From Octopus vulgaris (taxonomy: Eukaryota): DNA of 64,000 nt. The stretch lies in assembly GCA_951406725.2 (NCBI GenBank), contig OX597814.1:108810001-108874000 (forward strand), in the 5' to 3' direction. The translations under genes and the position numbers were made by a program. Under the pieces are notes generated by a model that saw only the letters and a program-made list of their open reading frames with translations, was not told the DNA's origin and did not search any database. Shown piece by piece: positions 24,455-38,280 of this stretch; the stretch's first letter is position 1; the number at the start of each line of letters is the position of its first letter.

Positions 24455-24880
24455 GTTATTGTTGCCAGTGCCACAGATTGGCTCCCGTGCCGGTGGCATG
24501 TAAAAAGCACCATTCAAGCGTGATCGTTGCCAGCGTCACCTTACTGGCACATGTGCCGGTGACACGTGAAAAACAACATTTGAGTGTCGTCGCTGCCAGT
24601 GCCGCCAGGCTGGCTCCTCTGCAGGTAGCACATAAAAAACATCTTTTGAGCATGGTTATTGCTAGAACCACCTGACTGGCCTTTGTGCCGGTGGCATGTA
24701 AAAGCACCCACTGCACTCTCAGAGTGGTTGGCGTTAGGAAGGGCATCCAGCTGTAGAAACTTTGCCAGATCAGATCGGAGCCTGGTGCAACCTTCTGGTT
24801 CACCAGTCCTCAGTCAAACCATCCAACCCATGCTAGTATGAAAAGCAGACATTTAACGACAATGATGATGATGATGATAA
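24455..24880 (+). mobile_element. RTE 3' UTR with four ~60-bp internal repeats and (GAT)n tail
   Basis: Repeated GCCAGT..GTGCCGGTGGCATGTAAAAAGCACC units followed by the conserved RTE tail. Confidence 0.85.
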
Positions 24881-24929
24881 GAGGCACTTTTTTTCTCCAA
24901 AAGCTGTCTCAATATTCACCTCAGGTTCT

Positions 24930-25143
24930 AAGGCAGTGAGCTGACAGAAACTTTAGCACGCTGGGTGAAATGCTTAGCGATATTTTGTCTGTCTTTACGT
25001 TCTGAGTTCAAATTCCACCGAGGTTGACTTTGCCTTTCATCCTTTTGAGGTTGATAAATTAAGTATCAGTTGTGTACTGGAGTCAATCTAATTGACTGGC
25101 TCCTCCCCCAAAATTTTGGACCTTGTGCCTAGAGTAGAAAAGA
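24930..25143 (+). mobile_element. SINE family B, full length, with target-site duplication
   Basis: Flanked by the direct repeat AATATTCACCTCAGGTTCT (24911-24929 and 25148-25166). Confidence 0.88.
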
Positions 25144-25192
25144 AAAGAATATTCACCTCAGGTTCTGTATGCAAGGTTGCATCATATATTAC

Positions 25193-25456
25193 ATGCTTTG
25201 GTAGATGGAAACTAAAGAAGCCTGTTGTGTGTGTGTGTTTGACCCTCCCTCCACACCATACCACACTGCTTGACAACCAGTATTAGTATATTTATGTCCC
25301 TGTAACTTAGCAGTCCAACTAAAGAGACCAATAGAATCAGTACCAGTTTTAAAACAAAAAAATAGGTACTAGAGTCGATTTGTTTGATTAAAAATTCTTC
25401 AAGGTGGTGCCCCAGCATGGCCACAGTCTAATGATTGAAACAAGTAAAAAGAAAAA
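25193..25456 (+). mobile_element. SINE family A, 3' half
   Basis: TTGGTAGATGGAAACTAAAGAAGCC..CAGCATGGCCACAGTC. Confidence 0.8.
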
Positions 25457-26029
25457 GACCTGCTGCTGAAACTGGAATGTGTTTAAAATGCCCATGCATC
25501 TTTTATTACATCAAATACGGTCCCTCAAGTTCAAGGTGGTTTAGATACCTCACCACCTTTGCCTCACTCAAAATGTGTGATCTTATGCCTCTGTTGGAAG
25601 TTATAACTTATAGTTAGTTATGCTCTTTTATGTTCTGAGTTCAAATCCTCCTTGGACCATTTACGGTTTATTCGCTTATGGTTTTATAAAAAGCAACAAC
25701 AAAACAACTACTAGTCCAGTTGTGAGGCTCATATAACTGGCTATACACCCCTCTCTAAAATGTCCTGTTAATTTCTTTTATGTTTTGACTTCAAATCCTT
25801 CCTTTCATCCCCTGAGGTCAGTATCCTTCCAGTAATGTTGGATGATATAGTTACTCTGCTTCTCTAAAACACCTGTCATTATGTCTGTATTAGATCTTGT
25901 AACCTATATTTCATCAAGTCCTTTTATATTTTGTTTTCAAATACTACCTTTTATCCTCCTGGATTCTGTACCATTTCCATAATAGGGGATGATATAACTA
26001 ACTATACCCAGCTGTCTAATATGTTTGTC

Positions 26030-26342
26030 CAGGGCTGGCCAATCTGAGGCCTGTGGGCTGCATGTGGCCCACAGACTTGATGCTTTCTTGAAATGGGTTT
26101 ATTTAAACAAGCATTTTAAAAATTTTATCAAAAATTAAAGATTGTAATGAAAAGTAAAATGGAAAGATACTACTGTTTTTGCAACAATAATATTTCATGT
26201 TGAATCAATGATCATTTGTTCGTTATTATAATAATAGCATGAGAAAGCAAAATGCTTTCAATTCTGTCGGTGTACAAGTGGCCCTTAAAAAATTTTCTGT
26301 GATTAAAGTGGCCCGGAATGTAATTCAAGTTGGCCAGGCCTC
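26030..26342. mobile_element. hAT-type MITE
   Basis: TIR CAGGGCTGGCCAA / TTGGCCAGGCCTC, subterminal GTGGCCC motifs, 8-bp TSD TGTTTGTC / TGTTTGTT. Confidence 0.8.
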
Positions 26343-27024
26343 TGTTTGTTATATCTATGTTAAGAATATTCACATTCAATTCTTTAAGAATCAGATTCCA
26401 AATTATTATAATTTAATTATTTCTATCTTTCTAGTAATATTGTGTGTTTTTGTCAAATTTTGTTTCATTGAAAAGGAAGTTCACATGCCAACCACATAAT
26501 TGAGGATTCAGTTCCAAGGAGCACTTTGGATAGTGTCTTCTTTTATAAATCTGGACTGGTCAAAGCCTTGTGAGTAGACTTGGCAGATGGAAACTGAAAG
26601 AAGCCCTTCAATATATCATCATCATCATCGAATGTCTGTTTTCCATGCTAGTATAGTTTGGATAGTCCAGCAGGATCCAATGAACCAGAGAACTACATCA
26701 ACTCCAATGTGTGGTTTGGCATCATGGGTTTTATGGTTGGATGCCCTGGTTTGTGTGTGTGTGTGTGAATGAGTTTGTGTTTCCCTCATCTTCCACTGTG
26801 TTTGCTGTTTCTAAATAAAAGGTTCATTCGTATGCTGTTGTTTGCTTCCATTTCTCCACATAACCATATCTGGGTTGTTTGTTGTTCAACAGCTGAAGAG
26901 AGATAAATTAGCTTGCTTGGAAACAAGAGAAGGTTGGCAACAGGAAGGACATTTGGCTGTAGAAAACTCTGCCCAACATAATTCATTTGACTCATGTAAG
27001 CATGGAAAAGTAGACATTGAAACA

Positions 27025-27540
27025 TTGATGATGTTAATGATGATAATAGTGATGGTGGTGGTGATGATGACAATAACGGTGCTGATGATGGCGATGATAA
27101 TGCTGTGATGACAATGATCATGGTGCTGATGGTGGTGGTGGTGGTGGTAGTGGTGGTGGTGGTGACAGTAATGATGGCGATGATGATAATAGTGGTGGTG
27201 GTAGTGGTGATGATGATGACAATGATCATGGTGCTGATGATGGTGGTAGTGGTGGTGGTGGTGACAGTAATGATGGCGATGATGATGGTGGTGGTGGTAG
27301 TGGTGGTGATGATGATGATGACAATGATGGTGGTGGTAGTAGTGACAGTAATGGCAATGATGATGATGGTGGTGGTAATAGTGGTGATGATGACAATGAT
27401 GGTGATGATGATTGTGGTGGTGGTGGTGGTGGTGACGGTGATGACCGATAATTATGGTGGTGATGATGGCTATGATGAAGATGATGATCAGATCGATGGG
27501 GATGATGATTATACAACGATGACGACAACGATGATGATAT
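27025..27540. repeat. (GAT)n/(GGT)n/(GTA)n trinucleotide array with ~110-bp higher-order duplication
   Basis: Visible; starts at the (GAT)n tail of the retroposon fragment at 26905-27030. Confidence 0.9.
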
Positions 27541-27945
27541 AACATTTTTGTCATGTCAGAAACTAGAAAATTACTTGTGTTATCTCATAAATGTACAGAA
27601 ATGTGTTCATAGCACAACACCAACAATGGCTGCTGCTACTACTACTACTACCACCACCACCACCACCACCACCACTCAGAAAGACATGTGTAGGAAGTTT
27701 GAGATAAATATAAATGTTCAAGTAAAATTTAGAATAAAAGGCTACAACAGACAATAGGGGGATCTGTTAAGAGAGCTTCAAGTACATATTTGTTTTAAAG
27801 ATAAGCTTTTGCAATGAGGTACCAACTTGTGGTTTTTTTATATATATATAACTACCTCATACAGTTTTCTCATCTTCCCAAGTTTATTTTTTTTTTGGTG
27901 GGGAGAGGAGGATACATTGCACACATGCATATATACATACACATA

Positions 27946-28252
27946 TATTCTTTTATTCTTTTACTTGTTTCAGTCATTTGACTGTGGCCATGCTGGAGTA
28001 CTGCCTTTATTCGAGCAAATCCACCTCAGGACTTGTTCTTTGTAAGCCTTTTTGCCAAACTATCGGTCCTTTTTGCCAAACTGCTAAGTTACGGGGACGT
28101 AAACACACCAGCATCAGTTGTCAAGGGATGTTGGGGGGGGGGGGACAAACACAGATACACACACACACACACATACATACATATATATATATTGTGCTAG
28201 CATGGAAAATGGATGTTAAACGATGATGATGATATATATATATATCATGATG

Positions 28253-28295
<43 letters not shown>

Positions 28296-28455
28296 TAAAT
28301 ACGATGGGCGTATTTTGGTTTCCATCTACCAAATCCATTCACAAGGCTTTGGTCGGCTTGAGGCTATAGTAGAAGACACTTGCCCAAGGTGCCACGCAAT
28401 GGGACTGAACCCAGAACCATGTGGTTGGGAAACAAGCTACTTACCACACAGCCAC
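27946..28455 (-). mobile_element. SINE family A interrupted by an RTE tail fragment and microsatellite
   Basis: Both SINE halves present; GCTAGCATGGAAAATGGATGTTAAACGATGAT lies within the internal microsatellite. Confidence 0.82.
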
Positions 28456-28474
28456 AAAAAAAAAATTTCCTTCT

Positions 28475-28706
28475 CAAGCCTTGCCAGGCTCATGAGGGCC
28501 GTTTTCCCAGTTTCAATAGCATATATATAGTTACCTCTTGGATGGGATGCTGGCCTGTCACAGGAATACTCATTTTTGCCAGCTGAGTGGACTGGAGCAA
28601 TGTGAAATGAAGTGTTTTGCTCAAGAACACAACACATTTCCTGGTCCAGGAATTGAAACCACAATCATGAGTCCAACACCCTAACCACTAAGCTACATTC
28701 CTCCAC
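28475..28706 (-). mobile_element. SINE family C
   Basis: Homologous to 18695-18938. Confidence 0.8.
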
Positions 28707-29339
28707 AACATATATATTCATGTACGTACACACACACACATATATACTATCATCATTGGTTGCATGGATCAGATGAAATTCATTGGGACAGGTTTTCTCT
28801 GGCTGGGTGCCCTTCCTATCATCAACCCTTAACCCATACTTTCCAAGTAAGATTATGTTTCACCATGGTCGAACAGGTTTTCACAAGAAACTAGGAATGA
28901 GAAAATAAACTTGTATGACCATGATGTTTGTTTATAACTATCATGTGATGTCGAAGCAAGAGGACATGAACACACACACAAATGACTGGCTTCTTTCAGT
29001 TTTTATGTTCAAAATTATCTATAAGGCTCTGATCAGTCCAAAGCTGTAGTAGAAGGCACTTGCCCAAGGTGCCACACAGTGGGACTGAACCTGAAACCAT
29101 GTGGTTGGTAAGCAAACTTTTAACCCATGCAACCACACTTGTGCCTATAATTTTATAGAAACACACTGTTTGTTAATGTCCATGTAAGCATTTCATGAAG
29201 CTTGCAAATTTCCATATTTTAGACAGAAAATAATATAATATCCCTCATATTTCTTTTTTGCTAAAAACGTAACCATAGCAAATGGATGGTAAATTATGAT
29301 ATATATTTTATGTATATATATATATATATATATATAAAT

Positions 29340-30031
29340 CCTGGGACACTTAAGCAATATTTAGCTATCTTGTAATTATTCCCCTAGATTTTCCTATAAA
29401 TTGTAAACTCTCTCTCTCTCCCCACAACCCCCACTCTACCCCAACCCCCAGCCGAACCCACATCCTAACTGGGCTTTCCCCACTCTCGCCCCCCACCTCC
29501 CCACAACATCACACCACACTACACTATACAACATTACACATCACACCACACTACACTATACAACATTACACATCACATCACAACACACCACCCACAGCAC
29601 ACCGCCCACACACCCATCCCCACATCTTTACACCTACACATACATACACATATCACATCACAACACACCACCCACACATACATACACACGTCCAGATCAC
29701 CAGCCCTCTTTCACACGCACATACATATTCTCTTATACACACATGCACCTTTGTGTTGGGGCTACCTTCGTTTTGGAAGTCACTTGACCCTGTTATCTCC
29801 CCTACTGTCCCTCTAGTGTCTGACCTCTGCCCGAAGTCAGAACGCCATTATAGATCGTTAGCTCCTACATGCATTTTTTTTCTCTCCTGTTTTTTTTCTG
29901 TGTATCTTTCTGTCGAAGAGCGTAGGCTCGAAACGTAAAAGACTTGTTCTATTTCTATTCCTGAGCGGCATACATTTGTTTGTTTGTACTCCACCTGCCT
30001 TCGTTTTTTGTTTATTTTCGTAAACCTTCCC

Positions 30032-30035
<4 letters not shown>
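29340..30035 (+). mobile_element. Non-autonomous PLE-like element (C/A-rich body + family H2 terminus)
   Basis: Flanked by (TA)n; last ~190 bp homologous to 2012-2192(-) and 48500-48680; carries a hammerhead-like motif. Confidence 0.6.
29905..29942 (+). ncRNA. Minimal hammerhead-like motif with variant core
   Basis: UCUUU-CUGUCGA-A-GAGC-GUAG-GCUC-GAAACGUA-AAAGA; perfect stems I and II, core A6 replaced by U. Confidence 0.55.
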
Positions 30036-30075
<40 letters not shown>

Positions 30076-30551
30076 ATGGGCTTTTACACTTCTTCCATCT
30101 ACCATTTGGTATGTGTCTTTGTGTGTGTGTGTGTGTTTCCATCCCAAAGTGGTATGACACTCACATGTGAGTGTAATAGGCTTGTATAGAAATGGTAACA
30201 GTTTGCTTGAGGACATGAATCTAAAAAGCGCTAGAAGTTTGTACAGAACATAGATAATTTTAATTACACCAAGATATATGTCCCTTCTGCATGCAAACAG
30301 ATATGTTTAATGACCAAAAATAAATTAATTATCATAAAATGATTCTGAAATAAAATTTTAATTTAACATATAATTACATTTGTTTCAATAATTATTCTTG
30401 CTTTCTCCAATTAGAATGTAAGATAAAGATTTAAAATATATATATTCCAAACATGATGTTTGACATAAAACAGAGAATTTCAAAGGGAGTGAAACATTTG
30501 CAGAGGTTATTGATGAAATATTTCTCTTTTAGAACTTAGATACTTTAGTGC

Positions 30552-30620
<69 letters not shown>

Positions 30621-31176
30621 TGTGTGAGTGTGCAAGTGATCCATCTGTCTATCTGTATTTGTTTCTTGTGTGTGTGTGTGTTTTAAACTGTAAAACAGTG
30701 TTGCTGTATGCATTAAGTAAACTCTTCACACAGATTTGTGTTGCAATAAACGGAAGAGTATCTGATCAATAATTGAAAAATTATTGGTTCAGTTCAGTTC
30801 TGAGCTATAAATGCCACTTAGATATTTCTGTTGGCATTGATATTGAATAAATAACTTTGTTTCTTTGAGAATGAGCTTGTGTGTATGTGTGTGAGTGTGT
30901 ATACATGTAAGTACACACACACACACATATGCACACATACATGCACACACATGCACGAGCGCACATATATACATGCACACTGACACACACATGCACACAA
31001 ACACACACACACATACACATGCACACACACACATGCACACCCACACACACACACACACTTATATAGATATGTATATGTGTATGTTTAGTGCTGACTGTTA
31101 GAAAAAAAAGAGTACTTGATATTGTAGTAGAGATTAATATTTCTATTTTGGTTGAGTCAGTCACTTGCTACTCTGA

Positions 31177-32015
31177 GTGCTTGTCGTTGACTATGTGCTA
31201 CGTATGTCAGTTGATCCCATTTCTGGCAAGGGCTTTGAAATAAAACCTATAAGAAGTTCCAGACACCCAGCTGAATACTTGACAGACACTGACTTTGCTG
31301 ACGACATCGCTCTTATCAGTGATTCTCTCTCCAATGCCCAGTCTCTTTTACAATCTCTCGAACAAGCCTCAAATTGTGTAGGGCTTTACCTCAATGAGGC
31401 CAAGACTGAATATATAAACAAGTGCCTGTCCAACAGTGATTGCATCATCCATACTCTCAACAATGCGCCCTTAAATATGGTTTCTGATTACAAATATCTT
31501 GGGTCATACATATCATCATCTGGAAAAGATTTTCTAACTAGAAAGGGTATGGCCTGGTCAGCCTGTAATGACATGCATAAGATCTGGTCATCAAATCTAA
31601 GTAGAGACTTCAAACTTGAAATCTTCAAAGCCACAGTCGAACCAATTCTACTATATGGCTCAGAAACCTGGACGTTATCAAAGAAGCTTGAGAGGCGGTT
31701 GGATGGAACCTACACTCGCCTCCTTATGAGAGCTCAAAATCTTTCGTGGAAGCGTCATCCAACCAAAATGCAAATATATAGGAAACTACCACCTGTGTCA
31801 TCTCTTGTGAAAGGTAGGAGAGTCCAGTTTGCTGGACATTGTTGTAGAGCTGAAAACGAGGCAATTTCTACTCTTCTCCTCTGGAAGCCATCTACTCGCA
31901 ATACCAGAGGGCGCACACTCTCCTACCCTGATGTAATCTCCAGGGATACAGACATCCAGCAACAGGACCTCCGTAATGCTATGATGGACCGTGAAGTCTG
32001 GCGTAGCATGGTAAA
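31177..32015 (+). mobile_element. 5'-truncated RTE-clade LINE of a second family with an uninterrupted RT C-terminal reading frame
   Basis: DTDFADDIALI, GLYLNEAKTE, YKYLGSYI, LLYGSETWTL, RRVQFAGHC, MMDREVWR; about 280 codons without stop or frameshift. Confidence 0.93.
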
Positions 32016-32050
32016 TGATGATCTGCCTGTGGGTACACAGTCTTCAAGAA

Positions 32051-32086
<36 letters not shown>

Positions 32087-32289
32087 TCATGCATATATAC
32101 TTACATAAGTATGTGTGTGTATATATCTATATGTATGTCATCATCATCATTATTTAACATTCGTTGTCCATGCTGGCATGGGTTGGAGAGTTTGACCAGG
32201 GCTGGTAAGCTGAGGGGCTGCACTAGGTTTTGAGTGTAATGGGTGCTTTAATGTGCCAACATGTATATATAAATGTATGTATGTATATA

Positions 32290-32630
32290 TATATATAGAC
32301 ACAGGAAGACATGGGATGAGGTGGTGAAGCATGATCTCCAAACTTTGGGCCTCACAGAGGCAATGACTAGTGACTGAGACATTTGGCGATACGCTGTACT
32401 TGACAAGATCCATCAAGCTGAGTGAAAGTGTAGTCGCGGCTGATGCTGGTGTCAGGTAATTGGCTCCCATGCAGGTGGCATGTAAAAAACACCTTTCAAG
32501 CATTGAATCTCATGGAGGCAAAGTGATTGAGCTTTTGATTCTTGGGTCTCACAGAGGAAGTGACTGAGACCTTTGGCATTATGTTGTGCTTGAGTAGACT
32601 CATCAAGCCAAGTATTATGCTGGGCTTCAA
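32290..32630 (+). mobile_element. RTE 3' fragments (two partial copies)
   Basis: GGAAGACATGGGATGAGGTGGTGAAGCATGA; GTGACTGAGAC occurs twice. Confidence 0.75.
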
Positions 32631-33307
32631 CGTATGTATGTGTGTGTATGTGTATATACGTGTGTGTGTGTATACATACATATGCATATTTTTTATTTAT
32701 ATATATATATTTTTTTTATTTATGTATATATATTTTTTATAAATAAAAAATATATATCTTTGCTGTTCTCTTTCTCCCACTCCCTACTATCTTTTATTCC
32801 TCCTCCCTCCCTTTGTTTCCTCTTCCTGTTGCTCACAAGTAACTACAGGCCATTTCTCTTGCCCCTGTCTATCAGGCTGGACATCATTTCTCTCGCCTCC
32901 CAACATTTTTTTCTCTTTTACTGTTTCCTTCTCCTCTATTTATTCTATTTCCTTTAAAAATTTCTCGCAGGCACTAGCCATTACAATTCATCATGGTCTA
33001 ACAGCCTTTAATGTTTGTCTTCATCAATTGTTTACTTTATACGTCCACTCTGTTTTTTGTTTATTTGAAGCCTTAACACTCGACAAATTTTATATTTTAA
33101 AAATTTCTGGATGCTGCTGTCTTATGAAGTTTTCCTATCTTGTCATTAAAAGCATGAAATAGGGAGTAATAAAACAGTCGACAACTGAGGAGGAGTTAAA
33201 CTTCTTTTGGTATTTTGTATTAATCTCTGCATGTTTATGTACTTTTCATTCATTAGTGATGTCCTGTACTTAATGTGTATTGTTTATTTATATATATATA
33301 TATATAT

Positions 33308-33635
33308 CATCATCATTTAATGTCCACTTTCCATGCTGGCATGGGTTGGACGGTTTGACTGGGGACTGGCAAGCCAGGAGGCTGCACTAGGCTCCAATCT
33401 AATCTGGCAAGGTTTCTACAGCTGGATGCCCTTCCTAACACCAACCACTCTGAGAGCGTAATGGGTGCTTTTTACATGCCGCCAGCATTGGGAGCCAATC
33501 AGGTGGCACTGGCATTGACCCAAGCATGAATGGGGCTTATTGCATTCCACAGGCATGGGAACCAGTCAGGCGGCACTGACATCGGCCACAACTACAATTT
33601 CCATTTTGATTTCAGTTTGATTGAGATTCCGATTG
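33308..33635 (-). mobile_element. RTE 3' UTR/tail fragment
   Basis: Homologous to 3915-4260. Confidence 0.82.
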
Positions 33636-33644
33636 TAATATATA

Positions 33645-34103
33645 TATTCTTTTACTTGACTATGGACATGCTGGTGTATCACCTTTAGTTGAACAAGTCG
33701 ACCCAAGAACTTATTCTTTGTAAGCCTAGTACTTATTCTATCAGTTTCTTTTGCCGAACCGCTAAGTTACGGGGACGTAAACACACCAACATCAGTTGTC
33801 AAGCAATGACGGGGGGGTGGGACAGATACACAAATACATACATACATACATAAATATATATATCTCACCATGATCGACCAGGCTATCAGATGTTGCTACA
33901 CATCGCTGGTCACAATGCGCTTCACATTGTCTTAGCCTACAAATGACACCACCCTGCTGGCTAAGTGAGCAGGCCAATATATATATATATATATATACAC
34001 ACACATACGACGGGCTTATTTTAGTTTCCGTCTACCAAATCCACTCACAAGTCTCTGGTTGGCGCGAAGATATAGATGAAGACGCTTGCCCAAGGTGCCA
34101 TGC
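33645..34103 (-). mobile_element. SINE family A with a ~110-bp foreign repeat in its internal microsatellite
   Basis: SINE halves flank 33866-33978, which has a diverged inverted copy at 38283-38375. Confidence 0.75.
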
Positions 34104-34694
34104 ATATGATGATGATGATTGCTTGATCTTGTTTCACATCCAACAAAAAATGAAATGGTAGTGAGACATCTGTATGTCAGTGGATTTTAGAAACAAAAGT
34201 TTATACAATACCTCTTAGTTGCCATAGCCGATTGCAGTGACATGTAAGATGACTGGTACTCTTTTGATTGCAAGTTTTAGGCCAGAGCATCTTTCTCCAA
34301 CAAGAGCTGCCTTCCTCACAGATTTGACACAAATAAGGAGAGCCTCTTCTATTGTTTGGGAAACAAATTCAACCAATAGATGGGATCTTGACAGGTACTA
34401 CCATTCCTGGTCTGAATGGATCTGGGAGTAATGGTAATTAAGAAGTGACTCCACATGCTTCATGACTATAGAGCTCTCACCCTGTAGCCTCACCCCACCC
34501 CACACATCTTCATTTAATGACCCTTTTTAATGTTGGCATGGGATGGATGGTTTGGCATGAACTGACAAGCCAGAGGGTTGCATTAAGCTCCAATGTCTGC
34601 TTTGGTATTGTTCCGACAGTTAAACGCACTTCCTACTTAGAACCATTTCACTCACACACACACAGTATGCACATACACACACATATACATAGCC

Positions 34695-36475
<1,781 letters not shown>

Positions 36476-36748
36476 ACCATCCGAATGTAGCCATTGCCAA
36501 CGCCACCACGACTGGCCTCCGTGCCGGTGGCACGTAAAAAGTACCAACCAATAGTCGCCGTTGCCAGCCTTGCCTGGCACGTAAAAAGCACCCACTATAC
36601 TCATGGAATAGTTGGCGTTAGGAAGGTCATCCAGCTGTAGAAACACTGCCAGATGAGACTGGGCCTGGTGCAGCCTCATGGCTTCCCAGACCCCGGTCGA
36701 ACCGTCCAACCCATGCTAGCATGGAAAGCGGACTTTAAATGATGATGA
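36476..36748 (+). mobile_element. RTE 3' UTR/tail fragment
   Basis: GTGCCGGTGGCACGTAAAAAG units and conserved tail ending in (GAT)n. Confidence 0.85.
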
Positions 36749-36799
36749 TATATACAGACATACATACATAGATGTATATGTGTGTGTGTGTGTGAAGTG

Positions 36800-37247
36800 G
36801 TTTGACGAAGACAGCTGTGTAAAGAAGTGCTGATCTCTAACTGTGGAGGGAATCTGTGGTAGTAGAAGTAGACCCAGGAAGACATAGGATTAGGAGGTGA
36901 AGCATGATCTTCAAATGTTGAGTCTCCTGAAGGCGATGATAAGTGACCATCACCTTTGACAATTTGCTGTTCTTGAGAAGACTCAACAAGCTAAGTGAAA
37001 TCATAGTTGTGGCTGGTGCTAGTGGCAGTAAAAGCACCTGTGCATGTGATACATAAAAACACTCATGCCAGTGACACGTAAAAGGCACCCACTACACTCT
37101 TGGAGTGGTTGATGTTAAGAAGGGCATCCGGCTGCAGAAACTATGCCAAAATCAGAATGGAACTTGGTGCAGCTCTCTGGGTTACCAGTTCTAGTCAAAC
37201 ATCAAACCCATGCCAGCATGGACAGTGGATGATAAATGATGATGATG
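36800..37247 (+). mobile_element. RTE 3' fragment (ORF end + UTR)
   Basis: GACAGCTGTGTAAAGAAGTG..CCCAGGAAGAC..tail. Confidence 0.8.
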
Positions 37248-37559
37248 TATATACATATATATATATATATGACGATTGCTTCATCTTGAGAGATGATAGC
37301 CATCCCCATCAACACACAGACCATGCCCCATCACACAGCACAATCATTCTGTTGATATGCCTTTAGATGACTTTTAAGACCAGCAGCTGCAGTGGCTTAG
37401 CATACAAAAATGAATGTATCAGTAAATTCAATTTTTAAGTATGTAATTATAAAAATATAATTATAATCAAGGGCTCTGGAATGTTGGAGATATATTTATG
37501 TATGTATGTATGTATGTATGTATGTATCTATCTATATGTATGTATATATGTATATATAT

Positions 37560-37772
37560 GTTGCCAGTACCGCCTGACTGGCCCTTCTTCCAGTGGCACG
37601 TAAAAGCACCCACTACACTCTGAGCAGTTGGCATTAGGAAGGGCATCAAGCTGTAGAAACTGTCAGATCAGATTGGAGCCTGGTGCAACCATCTGGTTCA
37701 CCAGTCCTCAATCAAATCGTCCAACCCATGCTAGCATGGAAAGCGGACGTTAAATGATGATGATGATGACGA
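37560..37772 (+). mobile_element. RTE 3' UTR/tail fragment
   Basis: Conserved tail CCAACCCATGCTAGCATGGAAAGCGGACGTTAAATGATGAT. Confidence 0.85.
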
Positions 37773-37864
37773 TAATCTGTTTGTTATTTACACAGCCGAC
37801 TTTGCCTTTTGTTTCGTTTTTTTTTGTAAATTCCAACTATATATATGTATGTATATATATGTAT

Positions 37865-38280
37865 ATTCTGTTCTGGGGAGAGTCATTTTCTTTTTGTGCC
37901 TTATGATTTTCACCGGTAAAATTTCCACTTATTTCTTATTTTTAGTTTCCTAAAATTTTCGTTGCGTCTTGCAACCTTTTCAAGTCTTGACTCTGTTAAT
38001 TACACTGCGTTCCTTTTTCTTTGTTTGTTCACATGTGTGTAGGTCAGTGTGTGTGTCAGTGTGTACCGATGCATGCATGTGTGTGTATGTATACATGTGT
38101 GTATGCATACATGTGTGTGTATGCATATGTATATATGTATGAGTGTGCATCTGTGTGTATGTATTCTGCATATTCATGTGCTCGTATGTCCATATTTGTG
38201 TATTTTTATGAATGTGTATGTGTGAGCATGTGTTTGTATATTTATGCACCTCTGCCTCCTTGTGTGTGCATGTCTGTGAC
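37865..38280 (-). mobile_element. Second copy of the CA-rich PLE-like element of 10900-11325
   Basis: GGGGAGAGTCATTTTC..CACCGGTAAAATTTCCACT..GTTGCGTCTTGCAACCTTTTCAA is the reverse complement of 11190-11312. Confidence 0.75.

Noticed and set aside
24455-24720. Regularly spaced repeats resembling a CRISPR array
   Set aside because: The intervening sequences are homologous to each other and the array lies in an RTE 3' UTR in eukaryotic DNA; no cas genes
26786-27554. Poly-His / poly-Val-Met ORFs resembling a histidine-rich metal-binding protein
   Set aside because: Open in several frames on both strands and continuous with a retroposon (GAT)n tail; no splice or promoter evidence
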